From an uncultured Clostridia bacterium (GTDB lineage Bacteria > Bacillota > Clostridia > Christensenellales > UBA1242), in the NCBI GenBank assembly GCA_944381145.1, contig CALWJZ010000004.1, positions 13,314 to 77,313 on the forward strand: DNA of 64,000 nucleotides, written 5' to 3'. Positions 8,849 to 18,262 of this stretch are shown here, in pieces. Below the pieces are notes generated by a model, which had not been told where the DNA came from, ran no database searches, and saw only the letters and a program-made list of their open reading frames with translations. Both the position numbers and the translations under genes were made by a program. How positions within the stretch are numbered: the stretch's first letter is position 1; each line of letters begins with the position of its first letter.

Positions 8849-10171
8849 TTAGAAAGGTAGTCTAAAGCCACCTTTTCTCTTGCCATTAAACTGTTTCATC
8901 AAATCTTTTGATTGATAAAACTGTTTTAGCAAAATATTTACATCTTGAATAGATGTCCCACTTCCACTTGCGATTCTTCGTTTTTGACTGCCTTTTATTA
9001 TGTCTGGATCTTGACGCTCCTTAGGAGTCATACTAAGAATAATTGATTTATTTTTTGCAAGTTGTTTTTCATCAATAGCATTTGCACTTAATTTTAATTT
9101 ATTTGAACCAGGAATCATAGCTAAAATATCAGAGATATTACCCATTTTCTTTAATTGCTCAAATTGTATCAAATAATCATCAAGCGTAAAACTATTTTCT
9201 TTTAATTTTTTTTCTAATTTTTTTGCTTCTTCTTCTGTGATATTCTCTTGTGCCTTTTCAATAAGAGACAAAACATCACCCATATCAAGAATTCTGCTTG
9301 CCATTCTATCTGGATAAAAAGGCTCAATATCGTCCATTTTTTCGCCAACACCACAAAATTTAATTGGTTTGCCAGTAACTGCTCTTATGGATAACGCAGC
9401 ACCACCTCTAGTATCACCATCAAGTTTTGTTAAAATTACCCCTGTTATATCTAATTTTTCATTAAATGTATTTGCAACATTAACACTTTCTTGACCTATC
9501 ATACTATCAACGGTAAGTAAAATTTCAGTAGGATTAACTATTTTTTTGATATCTATCAATTCGTTCATTAACTCTTCATTGATTTGAAGTCGTCCTGCCG
9601 TATCGATTATTACAGTATCATAACCTTTTTTCTCAGCATACTTAATAGCATTAGATGCAATTTTTTGTGGTTTATTATTTCCCTCTTCATAGACGTCAGT
9701 ATCAACAGATTTGCCAACAGTTTTCAATTGACTAATTGCTGCAGGCCTATAAATATCACACGCTACTAGTAATGGTTTTTTTCCTTGTTTTTTTAACATT
9801 TTTGCAAGTTTTCCACACATTGTAGTCTTGCCAGCACCTTGAAGACCACACATCATAATAATTGTTGGTGGTTTACTACTAACAATCAATTTAGAATTAG
9901 TGCTACCCATTAGAGTTGTCAATTCTTCATTTACAATTTTAATTATTTGCTGACCTGGAGTTAAAGATTTCATAACTCTTTCACCAGTTGCTTTTTGTTC
10001 AACGCTTTTTATAAAATCTTTTACAACCATGTAGTTAACATCAGCTTCTAGAAGAACTAATTTTATTTCTCTAAGAGCATTTTTTATTTCTAATTCAGTT
10101 AGAGTTCCTCTTTTTGTAATTTTACTGAAAACATGATTAAGTTTTTCGCCCAAACTGCCAAATAAAGCCAT
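8849..10171 (-). CDS. ffh: Signal recognition particle protein Ffh
   Basis: SRP54 N/G domains (GLQGAGKTT, DTAGR, TKLDGD) and a Met-rich M domain. Confidence 0.95.
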   Translation of the reverse strand: MALFGSLGEKLNHVFSKITKRGTLTELEIKNALREIKLVLLEADVNYMVVKDFIKSVEQKATGERVMKSLTPGQQIIKIVNEELTTLMGSTNSKLIVSSKPPTIIMMCGLQGAGKTTMCGKLAKMLKKQGKKPLLVACDIYRPAAISQLKTVGKSVDTDVYEEGNNKPQKIASNAIKYAEKKGYDTVIIDTAGRLQINEELMNELIDIKKIVNPTEILLTVDSMIGQESVNVANTFNEKLDITGVILTKLDGDTRGGAALSIRAVTGKPIKFCGVGEKMDDIEPFYPDRMASRILDMGDVLSLIEKAQENITEEEAKKLEKKLKENSFTLDDYLIQFEQLKKMGNISDILAMIPGSNKLKLSANAIDEKQLAKNKSIILSMTPKERQDPDIIKGSQKRRIASGSGTSIQDVNILLKQFYQSKDLMKQFNGKRKGGFRLPF

Positions 10172-10183
10172 ATCAAATTCCTT

Positions 10184-10507
10184 TTAATTCAAATTTTTTA
10201 TCAAAAATTCAATTTCTCTTGTAAGTTTTTCATCATTAGATAATTTTAGTAAGTTTTTTAAACTAGTTATAATATTTTCATTTGATTTAATTTTCCCTAC
10301 AACGTTTTCGTAATTATCAAGAATTTTTAAAGATTTTGATATACTATCACGTACTGCTTGTCTAGAAATTTGTAAATTTTCAGCAATCTCTACCAATGAT
10401 AAATTTTCGAAATAATAATCTTTCATGATTTTCAATTGTTTAGTTGTCAACAAATCACCATAAATGTCTATTAATTTTATAATCTTTAAGTTATTTTCAA
10501 TACTCAT
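10184..10507 (-). CDS. ylxM: YlxM/p13-like putative DNA-binding protein (UPF0122)
   Basis: 107 aa with a sigma-70 region-4-like HTH (LSLVEIAENLQISRQAVRDSI), immediately upstream of ffh. Confidence 0.85.
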   Translation of the reverse strand: MSIENNLKIIKLIDIYGDLLTTKQLKIMKDYYFENLSLVEIAENLQISRQAVRDSISKSLKILDNYENVVGKIKSNENIITSLKNLLKLSNDEKLTREIEFLIKNLN

Positions 10508-10546
10508 TGGCTTTCCTACCGTAAAGTTATTTTACTTTACAAACAT

Positions 10547-10575
10547 ATTTTAATACAAAAATAACAACTTGTCAA
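10547..10575 (-). promoter_or_regulatory. Near-consensus sigma-A promoter for ylxM-ffh (TTGACA-17-TAAAAT)
   Basis: Minus strand: TTGACA (10575-10570), 17-nt spacer, TAAAAT (10552-10547). Confidence 0.5.
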
Positions 10576-10665
10576 TATTTTTTGCTAATTTAATATTAAT
10601 TTTTAAAGTGATATTTATGACAAATAAATTTCATCATAATTATTGCGAAAATATCTTAATTGGAA

Positions 10666-11421
10666 TTAATCATTATCAAAATCACTAAAAATTAATTGAG
10701 AGTTTGTAATAGTATTTGGAATTCTATTACCATTTTCATCTGGTATATAATTTTGAATAGCTTGAAACTTGATTATAATCTTTATACCCAATCCAGAATA
10801 TTCACTTGTAACGTATTCTGGAAATTTGATAGCTTCATCAACAAATGGAATAATAACATCATCTGTTTCAACATCTATTTCTTTTAGTAATGTTTCGCCC
10901 TCTAAAGTTGTACCTGTTGGATATAAATCTCCAACATAATAAAAAAACCCATCAGAGTGAAAATACCAATCGTTGTCTTTTTCTATAATATCATAAATTT
11001 GATTTGTTAAATCTTCAGCTACACTTAGAATATCAGAATCACCCGTACTATTACCATTCTCATCAGTGACTTCCAATAGTAAACTAGTTCTTAACAATGG
11101 TTTTGTTGTACTCCTAAAAACTTTGCAGTTTACAATGCAACTAATAGGCATACCCGGAATCAAAACATCATAGTAATTATCTAAATCTATAACTAAATTA
11201 CAAGAAGAATCCGTATCTTCAATTGATGCAAACTCTGTACCTTTGCCAACGGCTTCTATATCAACTTTACCAGACATTTGAGTAACTTTGCTAGCATATA
11301 TATCAGCAAACATCCAAGCAAGAGTAACTGATACAGTAATAAACAACATAGTAATTATAACTATGCTTATACTTGACAAACCACGAGATGTCTTATTATT
11401 ACTGTAGTTAAACTTGCTCAA
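10666..11421 (-). CDS. TasA/camelysin-like secreted protein with SipW-type signal peptide (putative)
   Basis: TTG start 8 nt after AAGGAG. The N-terminal TM ends in TLAWMFAD (compare the GT-A-Y/W-F-S/T-D motif of SipW-dependent signal peptides). The C-terminal strand is IKIIIKFQAIQN, as in TasA/CalY proteins. Confidence 0.5.
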   Translation of the reverse strand: MSKFNYSNNKTSRGLSSISIVIITMLFITVSVTLAWMFADIYASKVTQMSGKVDIEAVGKGTEFASIEDTDSSCNLVIDLDNYYDVLIPGMPISCIVNCKVFRSTTKPLLRTSLLLEVTDENGNSTGDSDILSVAEDLTNQIYDIIEKDNDWYFHSDGFFYYVGDLYPTGTTLEGETLLKEIDVETDDVIIPFVDEAIKFPEYVTSEYSGLGIKIIIKFQAIQNYIPDENGNRIPNTITNSQLIFSDFDND

Positions 11422-11532
11422 CTCATATTCTCCTTTTTATTATATTGTATCATTTTTGTATCATTTAGTAATAAATACTAATAGTTACTTTTAATAATTA
11501 ATTATTTAAAATTTATAAATAAATAATCAAAA

Positions 11533-12420
11533 TTAAATAATATTTTGTACAAAATCTTCGGCATTAAAAGGCTCTAAATCTTCTAAACCTTCACCTACAC
11601 CAACATATTTTATAGGTATCCCATATTTTTTTGCAATTGCAAATACAACTCCACCTTTGCTAGACCCGTCAAGTTTAGTCAAAATAATTCCACTTAAAGG
11701 CAAAATTTCATTAAACATTTCAACTTGTGTTAATGCATTTTGACCTGTAGTTGCATCTATTACAAGCAAATTTTCACTATTACCATTCCATTCTTTTGCA
11801 ACAATTTTTGCTATTTTCTTTAATTCTTCCATTAAACCAACTTTGTTATGGAGTCTTCCTGCAGTATCTATAAGTACAACATCATCTTTTTTAGCAATTG
11901 CACTATTAATTCCATCAAATACTACTGCGCCAGGATCAACACCTTCATTGTATTTTACAATTCTTACTTTTGCGCGTTTACTCCATTCAGTTAATTGTTC
12001 ACTTGCAGCAGCCCTAAACGTATCTCCAGCAACAAGAAGAACATTTTTTTTGTTTTGCTTAAAATAGTGTGCAAGTTTTCCAATTGCTGTAGTTTTTCCT
12101 ACACCATTTACTCCCACAATAGTATAAAGCAATGGATACTCTGTTGGACGATTTTCAATATCCAAAATCGAAATCATCGCTTTTCTTAATAATTTTTTGA
12201 AGTCTTCTTCTGTTTTTATTTTTTCCTTTTTCGCTAGTTTTTTTACATTTTCAACTATTTCTGAACTTGCTTCAATACTTATATCTGATGATACAAGAAC
12301 AAATTCTAATTCTTCATAAAATTCATCATCTAGCTCTCCAACGAAAATTTGAGAAATTTTTTTCGAGATAATCTCTTTTGTTTTCTTTAGTGCACCAAAA
12401 AATTTCGAAAATATACCCAT
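11533..12420 (-). CDS. ftsY: Signal recognition particle receptor FtsY
   Basis: NG domain (GVNGVGKTT, DTAGR, TKLDGS). The start overlaps the smc stop by 1 nt. Confidence 0.93.
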   Translation of the reverse strand: MGIFSKFFGALKKTKEIISKKISQIFVGELDDEFYEELEFVLVSSDISIEASSEIVENVKKLAKKEKIKTEEDFKKLLRKAMISILDIENRPTEYPLLYTIVGVNGVGKTTAIGKLAHYFKQNKKNVLLVAGDTFRAAASEQLTEWSKRAKVRIVKYNEGVDPGAVVFDGINSAIAKKDDVVLIDTAGRLHNKVGLMEELKKIAKIVAKEWNGNSENLLVIDATTGQNALTQVEMFNEILPLSGIILTKLDGSSKGGVVFAIAKKYGIPIKYVGVGEGLEDLEPFNAEDFVQNII

Positions 12421-15400
12421 TATTTTTGCTCCGTATTTTTTATAGCATCATTTAATTTTACAGACACAATTTTACTAACCCCTTTTTCTTCCATTGTAAC
12501 TCCATAAAGAGTATCAGCATGTTCCATTGTAGGTTTCTTGTGAGTAATAACGATAAATTGTGTCTCATGTGAATATCTTTTTAAATATTTAGCAAGTCTT
12601 GTAACATTTGCTTCATCAAGCGGTGCTTCAATTTCATCTAGCAAACAGAAAGGCATAGGTCTCAATCTCAAAATAGCAAATAAAATTGCAATCGCAACAA
12701 GAGCTTGTTCTCCACCACTAAGAAGTGTGATATTACTTAACTTTTTCTCTGGAGGTTCTGCTTTGATTTCTATTCCTGCTTCCAAAGCATCTTCACTATC
12801 CATAATTTCTAGCCTTGCATTTCCTCCACCAAATAATTCTTTGAATACAATACCGAAATTTGTATTGATTTTGTCAAATTCTGTTTGGAATCTAACAATC
12901 ATTTCGTTTGACAAGTCTTTTATAATTCGTTTCAAATCACTTTCTGCTTTTAGCAAATCTTGAGATTGATTATACATTTTACCAAATCTTTCTTCTAGAT
13001 TTTTGCAATCTTCAATTGCTCGTTCATTGATATGTCCCAAACTTACAATATCTTTTTTGATTTTATTTATTTCAGAAGTCCCTAATTTTATTTCAAAATT
13101 TGGATCTTTAAAATCTAGTGCCGTTTGGTAAGTAAGACCATATTCTTCCCAAACCCTTTCTTGCATAGTTTCGATATCAGTATCAACTTTTGCAAGACCG
13201 ATTTCCTGTTTGTATTTTTTATCTTGAAGTATATTGACTTCATTTAATAAATTAGTTCTATTTTCGTCAAGACGTTTGATATCTTCTTGAATACTTGATT
13301 TTTCTTTCTCTTTTTGCTCAAGATTTTCTTGAGTTCTTTTCAATAATGCATAAGATTCATTTGTTTCAAGATTGGTTTCACTTTCGAAAACAATATTAGA
13401 AGCGACATTTAATAATTGTCTATTTTTGTTACAAGTTGATTCATATATTTCAATTTGTTCATTTGTTGCTTTCAAAATATCTTCTATTCTTTTTCTTTCC
13501 TGTTCCAAATTCAAAGATTCTGACTCAAGAGTAGCAATTTCTATTTTCAAAGCAGTCATTTTATTAGAATAATCATCTTTTTGAGACTTTAGTTCACTAA
13601 ATTGAGATGTGTTTGCTTCAAAAGATTCTTCTTTTTCGATATCTGATTTTACATCTGTAATTTTATTTAATTGATTTATTATACTTTCTAATATTTGTTT
13701 ATTTTTACCAATATTTGATTTAATTTTTGTTCTTTCATCTTCATAATCATTACATATTGTATTGTACTTATCATTTCTCTCAGTTTCACTTGCAATTTCA
13801 ATATCAATATTATGAATATTGTCAGATAATGACTTGATTTGATCATTAATCTCTTGTAGTTTTTTTATTAAATTGTCGTAATCTTGAGTTTTCAACTGTT
13901 TTTCATTATTTAATTTAATGATTAACTTACCACAATTCTCTATCTCTGTTTGACGCCCAAGAAGATTTGTTACTTGTGCTTTTTTGCTACCACCAGTCAA
14001 ACTACCTTGAGGCGAAATAATATCGCCATCTAGAGTTGCTATTCTATAGGCAAAATTACAAGACTTGGCAATATTCAAAGCATTGGTCATATTATTAGCA
14101 ATTAATGTATTTCCTAACAAACTACTTATAACATTGTTTAGCTTTTTATCATATTCTATCAATTCACTTGCTATACCCAAGCAACCTTCCATATTTAGCA
14201 AGTACCTATTATTATTGTCAAAATATCTAGGTTTTATTGTATTAATAGGTAAGAATGTTGCTCTACCATAATCTCTTTGTTTTAGATAATTAATTAAGTA
14301 TTTAGCATGGTCATCATTTTCAGTTACTATATTTTGAATAGAATTGCCAAGTGCAGTTTCTATGGCAGTTTGGTATGTTGTTGGCACCTTTACTAAACCT
14401 GCTATTACACCTAATATTTTAGATTTGATTTCGTTATTTTTTTCTGCATCAGTAAGAAGTCTTTTTACAGTTCCATTAAATCCTTCATATTCTCTAGCAT
14501 ATTCTTCCAACATCTTTTTTCTATGTTCAAGAGTCAAAATATTATTAGAGATTTCATTAAGGACACTCTCCTGCAATTTAACCTCCGATTGTAAATTATT
14601 TTGATAATTTATTTTTTCACTCAATTCGCCATCTATTTGATTGCGATTTTGTTTTAGAGAAAGCAAATTATTAGAACTTTCAGCTTGTTTTGACTTTGCT
14701 TGTGAATACTTTTCGTTTAAATCATTCTGCATTTCTTCAAGATCAAAAAGTGATTTTTCATAACTTTTTTTATCTGCGTTGAGTGCTGAAATTTGCGCTT
14801 TTACATCTCCCAATACTTCCAAGTTGTCAATAATTCTTTGTTGAATTTGTTGTGCTTCATCTTCTCCTAACTTTAATTCATCAGAAATTGATTCAAATTT
14901 AGAAGAAACTTCATGCAATTCATTCTTTTTATTAAACAATATAACTTGTTTATTTTTCAAGTTATTTTCAACATCTATAATCAAATTTTGATTAATGTCT
15001 CTTGTACTTTTTAATCTGCTAAGTTCATCTGACAATCTTTCATCTTCGGCTTTTAAATGATTAAATTTTTCTTTTTGAAGATTAATTTCTCCACTTTGCT
15101 TTGTTATTGCAATGTTTAACTCTAAAATTTTATCTTTTAAAGTACTAATATCTGAATCAATAGTATTTACTTTATCAAATGCTTCTGTGTAAAGATTATC
15201 TGCTTTTTCTTTTTCGGAAGTTCTCAATTGTAGTTCTTCAACAATACCATTAATTTTTTCCAAAATTGCATTTTTTGTGTCACTTGCATTGTCATATTGG
15301 TATATATACAAATTAACTTCTAATACTTTCAATTTATCTTTCAATTCATGATAAATTTTAGCAGTTTCTGCTTGTTCTTTTAGAGGTTTCAATTGTCTAT

Positions 15401-15995
15401 CAATTTCATTAATTAAATCATTAATTCTGTTTAAATTGTCTTGAGTATTTAATAATTTTCTTTCTGCTTCAATTTTTTTTGATTTAAATTTAGCAATACC
15501 AGCAGCCTCTTCGAAGATTACACGTCTTTCTTCAGGTTTGCTATTAACAATTTTGCCAACCATTCCTTGTCCAATTATTGAATAACCGTTTTTGCCAATA
15601 CCACTATCATGAAGCAAATTAACAATATCTTTTAGTCTAGACGGAGTTTTATTAAGTAAATATTCACTTTCCCCACTACGATATAATTTTCTAGTTAAAA
15701 TAATTTCATTATAGTCACAATTAAATATTTTGTTGGTGTTATCAAAAATTAAAGAGACTTCGCAAAAACTAAGACCTTTTCGTTTTTCAGTTCCTTTGAA
15801 AATAACATCTTGCATTGAAGATCCTCTAAGAATTTTACTACTCTGTTCACCAAGGACCCATCTGATTGCATCGGCTACATTACTTTTACCACAGCCATTT
15901 GGTCCAACTATCGCAGTAATGCCTTCTTCAAAATCAATTTTTTGATAATCTGCAAAAGATTTAAATCCTACCATTTCAATACGTTTTAGATTCAT
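12420..15995 (-). CDS. smc: Chromosome segregation protein SMC
   Basis: 1191 aa with an N-terminal Walker A (GPNGCGKSN), long coiled coils, a hinge, and a C-terminal signature LSGGE plus Walker B (LLDEIEAPLD). Confidence 0.95.
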   Translation of the reverse strand: MNLKRIEMVGFKSFADYQKIDFEEGITAIVGPNGCGKSNVADAIRWVLGEQSSKILRGSSMQDVIFKGTEKRKGLSFCEVSLIFDNTNKIFNCDYNEIILTRKLYRSGESEYLLNKTPSRLKDIVNLLHDSGIGKNGYSIIGQGMVGKIVNSKPEERRVIFEEAAGIAKFKSKKIEAERKLLNTQDNLNRINDLINEIDRQLKPLKEQAETAKIYHELKDKLKVLEVNLYIYQYDNASDTKNAILEKINGIVEELQLRTSEKEKADNLYTEAFDKVNTIDSDISTLKDKILELNIAITKQSGEINLQKEKFNHLKAEDERLSDELSRLKSTRDINQNLIIDVENNLKNKQVILFNKKNELHEVSSKFESISDELKLGEDEAQQIQQRIIDNLEVLGDVKAQISALNADKKSYEKSLFDLEEMQNDLNEKYSQAKSKQAESSNNLLSLKQNRNQIDGELSEKINYQNNLQSEVKLQESVLNEISNNILTLEHRKKMLEEYAREYEGFNGTVKRLLTDAEKNNEIKSKILGVIAGLVKVPTTYQTAIETALGNSIQNIVTENDDHAKYLINYLKQRDYGRATFLPINTIKPRYFDNNNRYLLNMEGCLGIASELIEYDKKLNNVISSLLGNTLIANNMTNALNIAKSCNFAYRIATLDGDIISPQGSLTGGSKKAQVTNLLGRQTEIENCGKLIIKLNNEKQLKTQDYDNLIKKLQEINDQIKSLSDNIHNIDIEIASETERNDKYNTICNDYEDERTKIKSNIGKNKQILESIINQLNKITDVKSDIEKEESFEANTSQFSELKSQKDDYSNKMTALKIEIATLESESLNLEQERKRIEDILKATNEQIEIYESTCNKNRQLLNVASNIVFESETNLETNESYALLKRTQENLEQKEKEKSSIQEDIKRLDENRTNLLNEVNILQDKKYKQEIGLAKVDTDIETMQERVWEEYGLTYQTALDFKDPNFEIKLGTSEINKIKKDIVSLGHINERAIEDCKNLEERFGKMYNQSQDLLKAESDLKRIIKDLSNEMIVRFQTEFDKINTNFGIVFKELFGGGNARLEIMDSEDALEAGIEIKAEPPEKKLSNITLLSGGEQALVAIAILFAILRLRPMPFCLLDEIEAPLDEANVTRLAKYLKRYSHETQFIVITHKKPTMEHADTLYGVTMEEKGVSKIVSVKLNDAIKNTEQK

Positions 15996-16116
15996 TTGTA
16001 TCTCCGTCTTTTGATAATACTTAACATAATTTGCTAAGTACGCATTTTTAAGTATAGAAATATTTTATCAAAAATTTAACAATATGACAAATTAAAGAGA
16101 TAACTTTTGAAATTAA

Positions 16117-16148
16117 ATAAAAAAAGACTAAAATAGAATTTTAGTCTT
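16117..16148 (-). terminator. Intrinsic terminator overlapping the rnc stop codon
   Basis: 10-bp stem AAGACTAAAA/TTTTAGTCTT followed by a U-run on the minus strand. Confidence 0.6.
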
Positions 16149-16797
16149 TTAAATTATTATAAAAATTATATGCACTGTTTTCCTGAGCCAAATGAATACT
16201 TTTTCCAATGCCTCTCGATTGTGTTTGTCCATCAATTATCAATTCAACTTCAAAAGTTTTATTATGATCTTTGCCGTATTCACAAACAAGTTTATATTCA
16301 AATTGTTTTGAGTGCTTTTGCATATCTTCTTGTAACTTAGTCTTATAATCTATAGTATTTTTGAATACATTTATAATATTTTCTTTGCTAATAATTACAA
16401 AATTTTTTATTACTTTTTTAACATTTTTTATTCCACCATCTAGAAATATGGCACCTATTACACTCTCAAATAGGTCAGCACAAGTTTTCGAACTAAGAGA
16501 ATTAAGAGACTTAGACTTCAAAATAAGTTTATCAAGCGATAATTTTTTGCTAATGTTACTTAGATTATTGGTTGAAACTAAACTTGCTCGTAGTTTACTT
16601 GCATCTCCACTATTTAACGTAGTATGTTTAAAAATAAAATCCGAAACAACCAATTCCAATATTGCATCACCAAGAAATTCTAACCTATCATAATTATCTC
16701 CACCAAATTCGTTAGAATAACTTGTGTGAGTTAGCGCTGTTTTTAATAAATTTTTATTTTTGAATTGATAGTCTAATTTCAATTGTAAATCATTCAT
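16141..16797 (-). CDS. rnc: Ribonuclease III
   Basis: ERLEFLGDA signature plus a C-terminal dsRBD. Confidence 0.92.
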   Translation of the reverse strand: MNDLQLKLDYQFKNKNLLKTALTHTSYSNEFGGDNYDRLEFLGDAILELVVSDFIFKHTTLNSGDASKLRASLVSTNNLSNISKKLSLDKLILKSKSLNSLSSKTCADLFESVIGAIFLDGGIKNVKKVIKNFVIISKENIINVFKNTIDYKTKLQEDMQKHSKQFEYKLVCEYGKDHNKTFEVELIIDGQTQSRGIGKSIHLAQENSAYNFYNNLKD

Positions 16798-17809
16798 TTT
16801 GCCCTATACCTATCGTATTTAAATTTTCAGAAATTTTTTCTATTAACTTTCCTTTAGCCATATTATACATTTGGTCTATACAAGCAGTAATACTTTGAGC
16901 ATTACTACTACCGTGAGCTTTTACTACTAATTTTTTACAACCAAGCAAGACTGCACCACCATAAACAGAATAATCAAATCGTTTTTTTACTTTCTTAAAC
17001 GCTTTTTTCATAAATAGTGCACCAATTTTACTAAGTATACCAGCCTTGATTTCACTTTTTATAACTTTCAGAAGTCCCTTGATGGCACCTTCGGTGCTTT
17101 TTAATAACACATTGCCAGCAAAACCATCTGTTACAACCAAATCAAAATCTCCACTAAGCAAATCTCTAGCTTCCATGTTTCCAACAAAGTTAATATATTT
17201 GTTGTCTTTTAGTAAAACAAATGCTTCTTTGCTACGATTATCTCCTTTATGATCTTCTGTACCAACATTTAACAGAGCAACTTTTGGATTTTTTTTACCA
17301 ACTACATTAAGATATGCTGTACCCATTATTGCAAATTGTTCTAAATATTCTGGTTTGCAATCCATATTGGCCCCACAATCACATATGCTAACACTTCCAC
17401 CTTTTATAGTAGGAAGAATAGGACAAAGTGCCGGTCTATGAATACCTTTTATCCTGCCTAATTTAAGAAATGCACCTGTAAGCACAGCTCCTGTTGATCC
17501 AGCGCTTATTATACCTACTAATTCATTATCTTCTTTTAACAAATCAAAAGATTTAACAAGAGAACTTTCTTTTTTTAGTTTAATTGCTTCTGTTGGAGAT
17601 TCGTTATTAGAAATAACATCATTTGCATTTAATATAGAAATTTGTTCTTTATTGTAATTTTCTTGTAACAAAAGTTCATTTATTTCTTTTTCTTTTCCAA
17701 CGAGAACAATATGAATATCTTTATTTTCATTAATAGCATTAATTGCCCCTTTTATTATTTCCTTGGGAGCATTATCTCCACCATATGCGTCTATAACAAT
17801 CTTTATCAT
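16790..17809 (-). CDS. plsX: Phosphate acyltransferase PlsX
   Basis: MIKIVIDAYGGDNAP... and full-length similarity to PlsX. Confidence 0.93.
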   Translation of the reverse strand: MIKIVIDAYGGDNAPKEIIKGAINAINENKDIHIVLVGKEKEINELLLQENYNKEQISILNANDVISNNESPTEAIKLKKESSLVKSFDLLKEDNELVGIISAGSTGAVLTGAFLKLGRIKGIHRPALCPILPTIKGGSVSICDCGANMDCKPEYLEQFAIMGTAYLNVVGKKNPKVALLNVGTEDHKGDNRSKEAFVLLKDNKYINFVGNMEARDLLSGDFDLVVTDGFAGNVLLKSTEGAIKGLLKVIKSEIKAGILSKIGALFMKKAFKKVKKRFDYSVYGGAVLLGCKKLVVKAHGSSNAQSITACIDQMYNMAKGKLIEKISENLNTIGIGQNE

Positions 17810-17952
17810 ATTTTACTCCATTATCGTAATTGAAAAATTATACTATAATTTAGATTTTTAATCAAATAATTTAATTTATTTTAGATACTTAACCTTATTG
17901 TTAATAATGAAATATAGGATTTTTTAAAAAGTAATTTACCAAAATTAATCTT

Positions 17953-18261
17953 CTATTTCTTGATGGTTTCCAAAATGTCCTTTCTATCTTTGTATTGTGT
18001 TTTTTGAATTAGTTTGTATTTTAATGTGCTAGGCAATATTTCATTTGAGATTTTTATAATTTCCAAAATTTCATTTAATTGTAGATTATTAAACATTAAA
18101 CCATACTTTTCGATAAGAAAATATTTAATTTCATTTTGTTTTTTAAATTTAGTCTTCAATATTTTTAGAACTGAATCTTTATCCAAAAATCCATACTGAA
18201 TTGCATTTATTTTATCTTCTTGCGTTAAATCAGAATTAATTATTTCTTGAATATTTAACAT
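17953..18261 (-). CDS. Hypothetical protein; paralogue of the N-terminal ~100 aa of the upstream 658-aa protein
   Basis: 102 aa, starting 2 nt after the previous stop. Shares EIIKISNEILPSTLKYKLI with SIIKNSNVNNPLPLSLLI, and LTQEDKINAIQYGFLDKDSVLKIL with PVTKLQILESEKLNKEEFKELF. Confidence 0.5.
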   Translation of the reverse strand: MLNIQEIINSDLTQEDKINAIQYGFLDKDSVLKILKTKFKKQNEIKYFLIEKYGLMFNNLQLNEILEIIKISNEILPSTLKYKLIQKTQYKDRKDILETIKK

Positions 18262-18262
18262 A

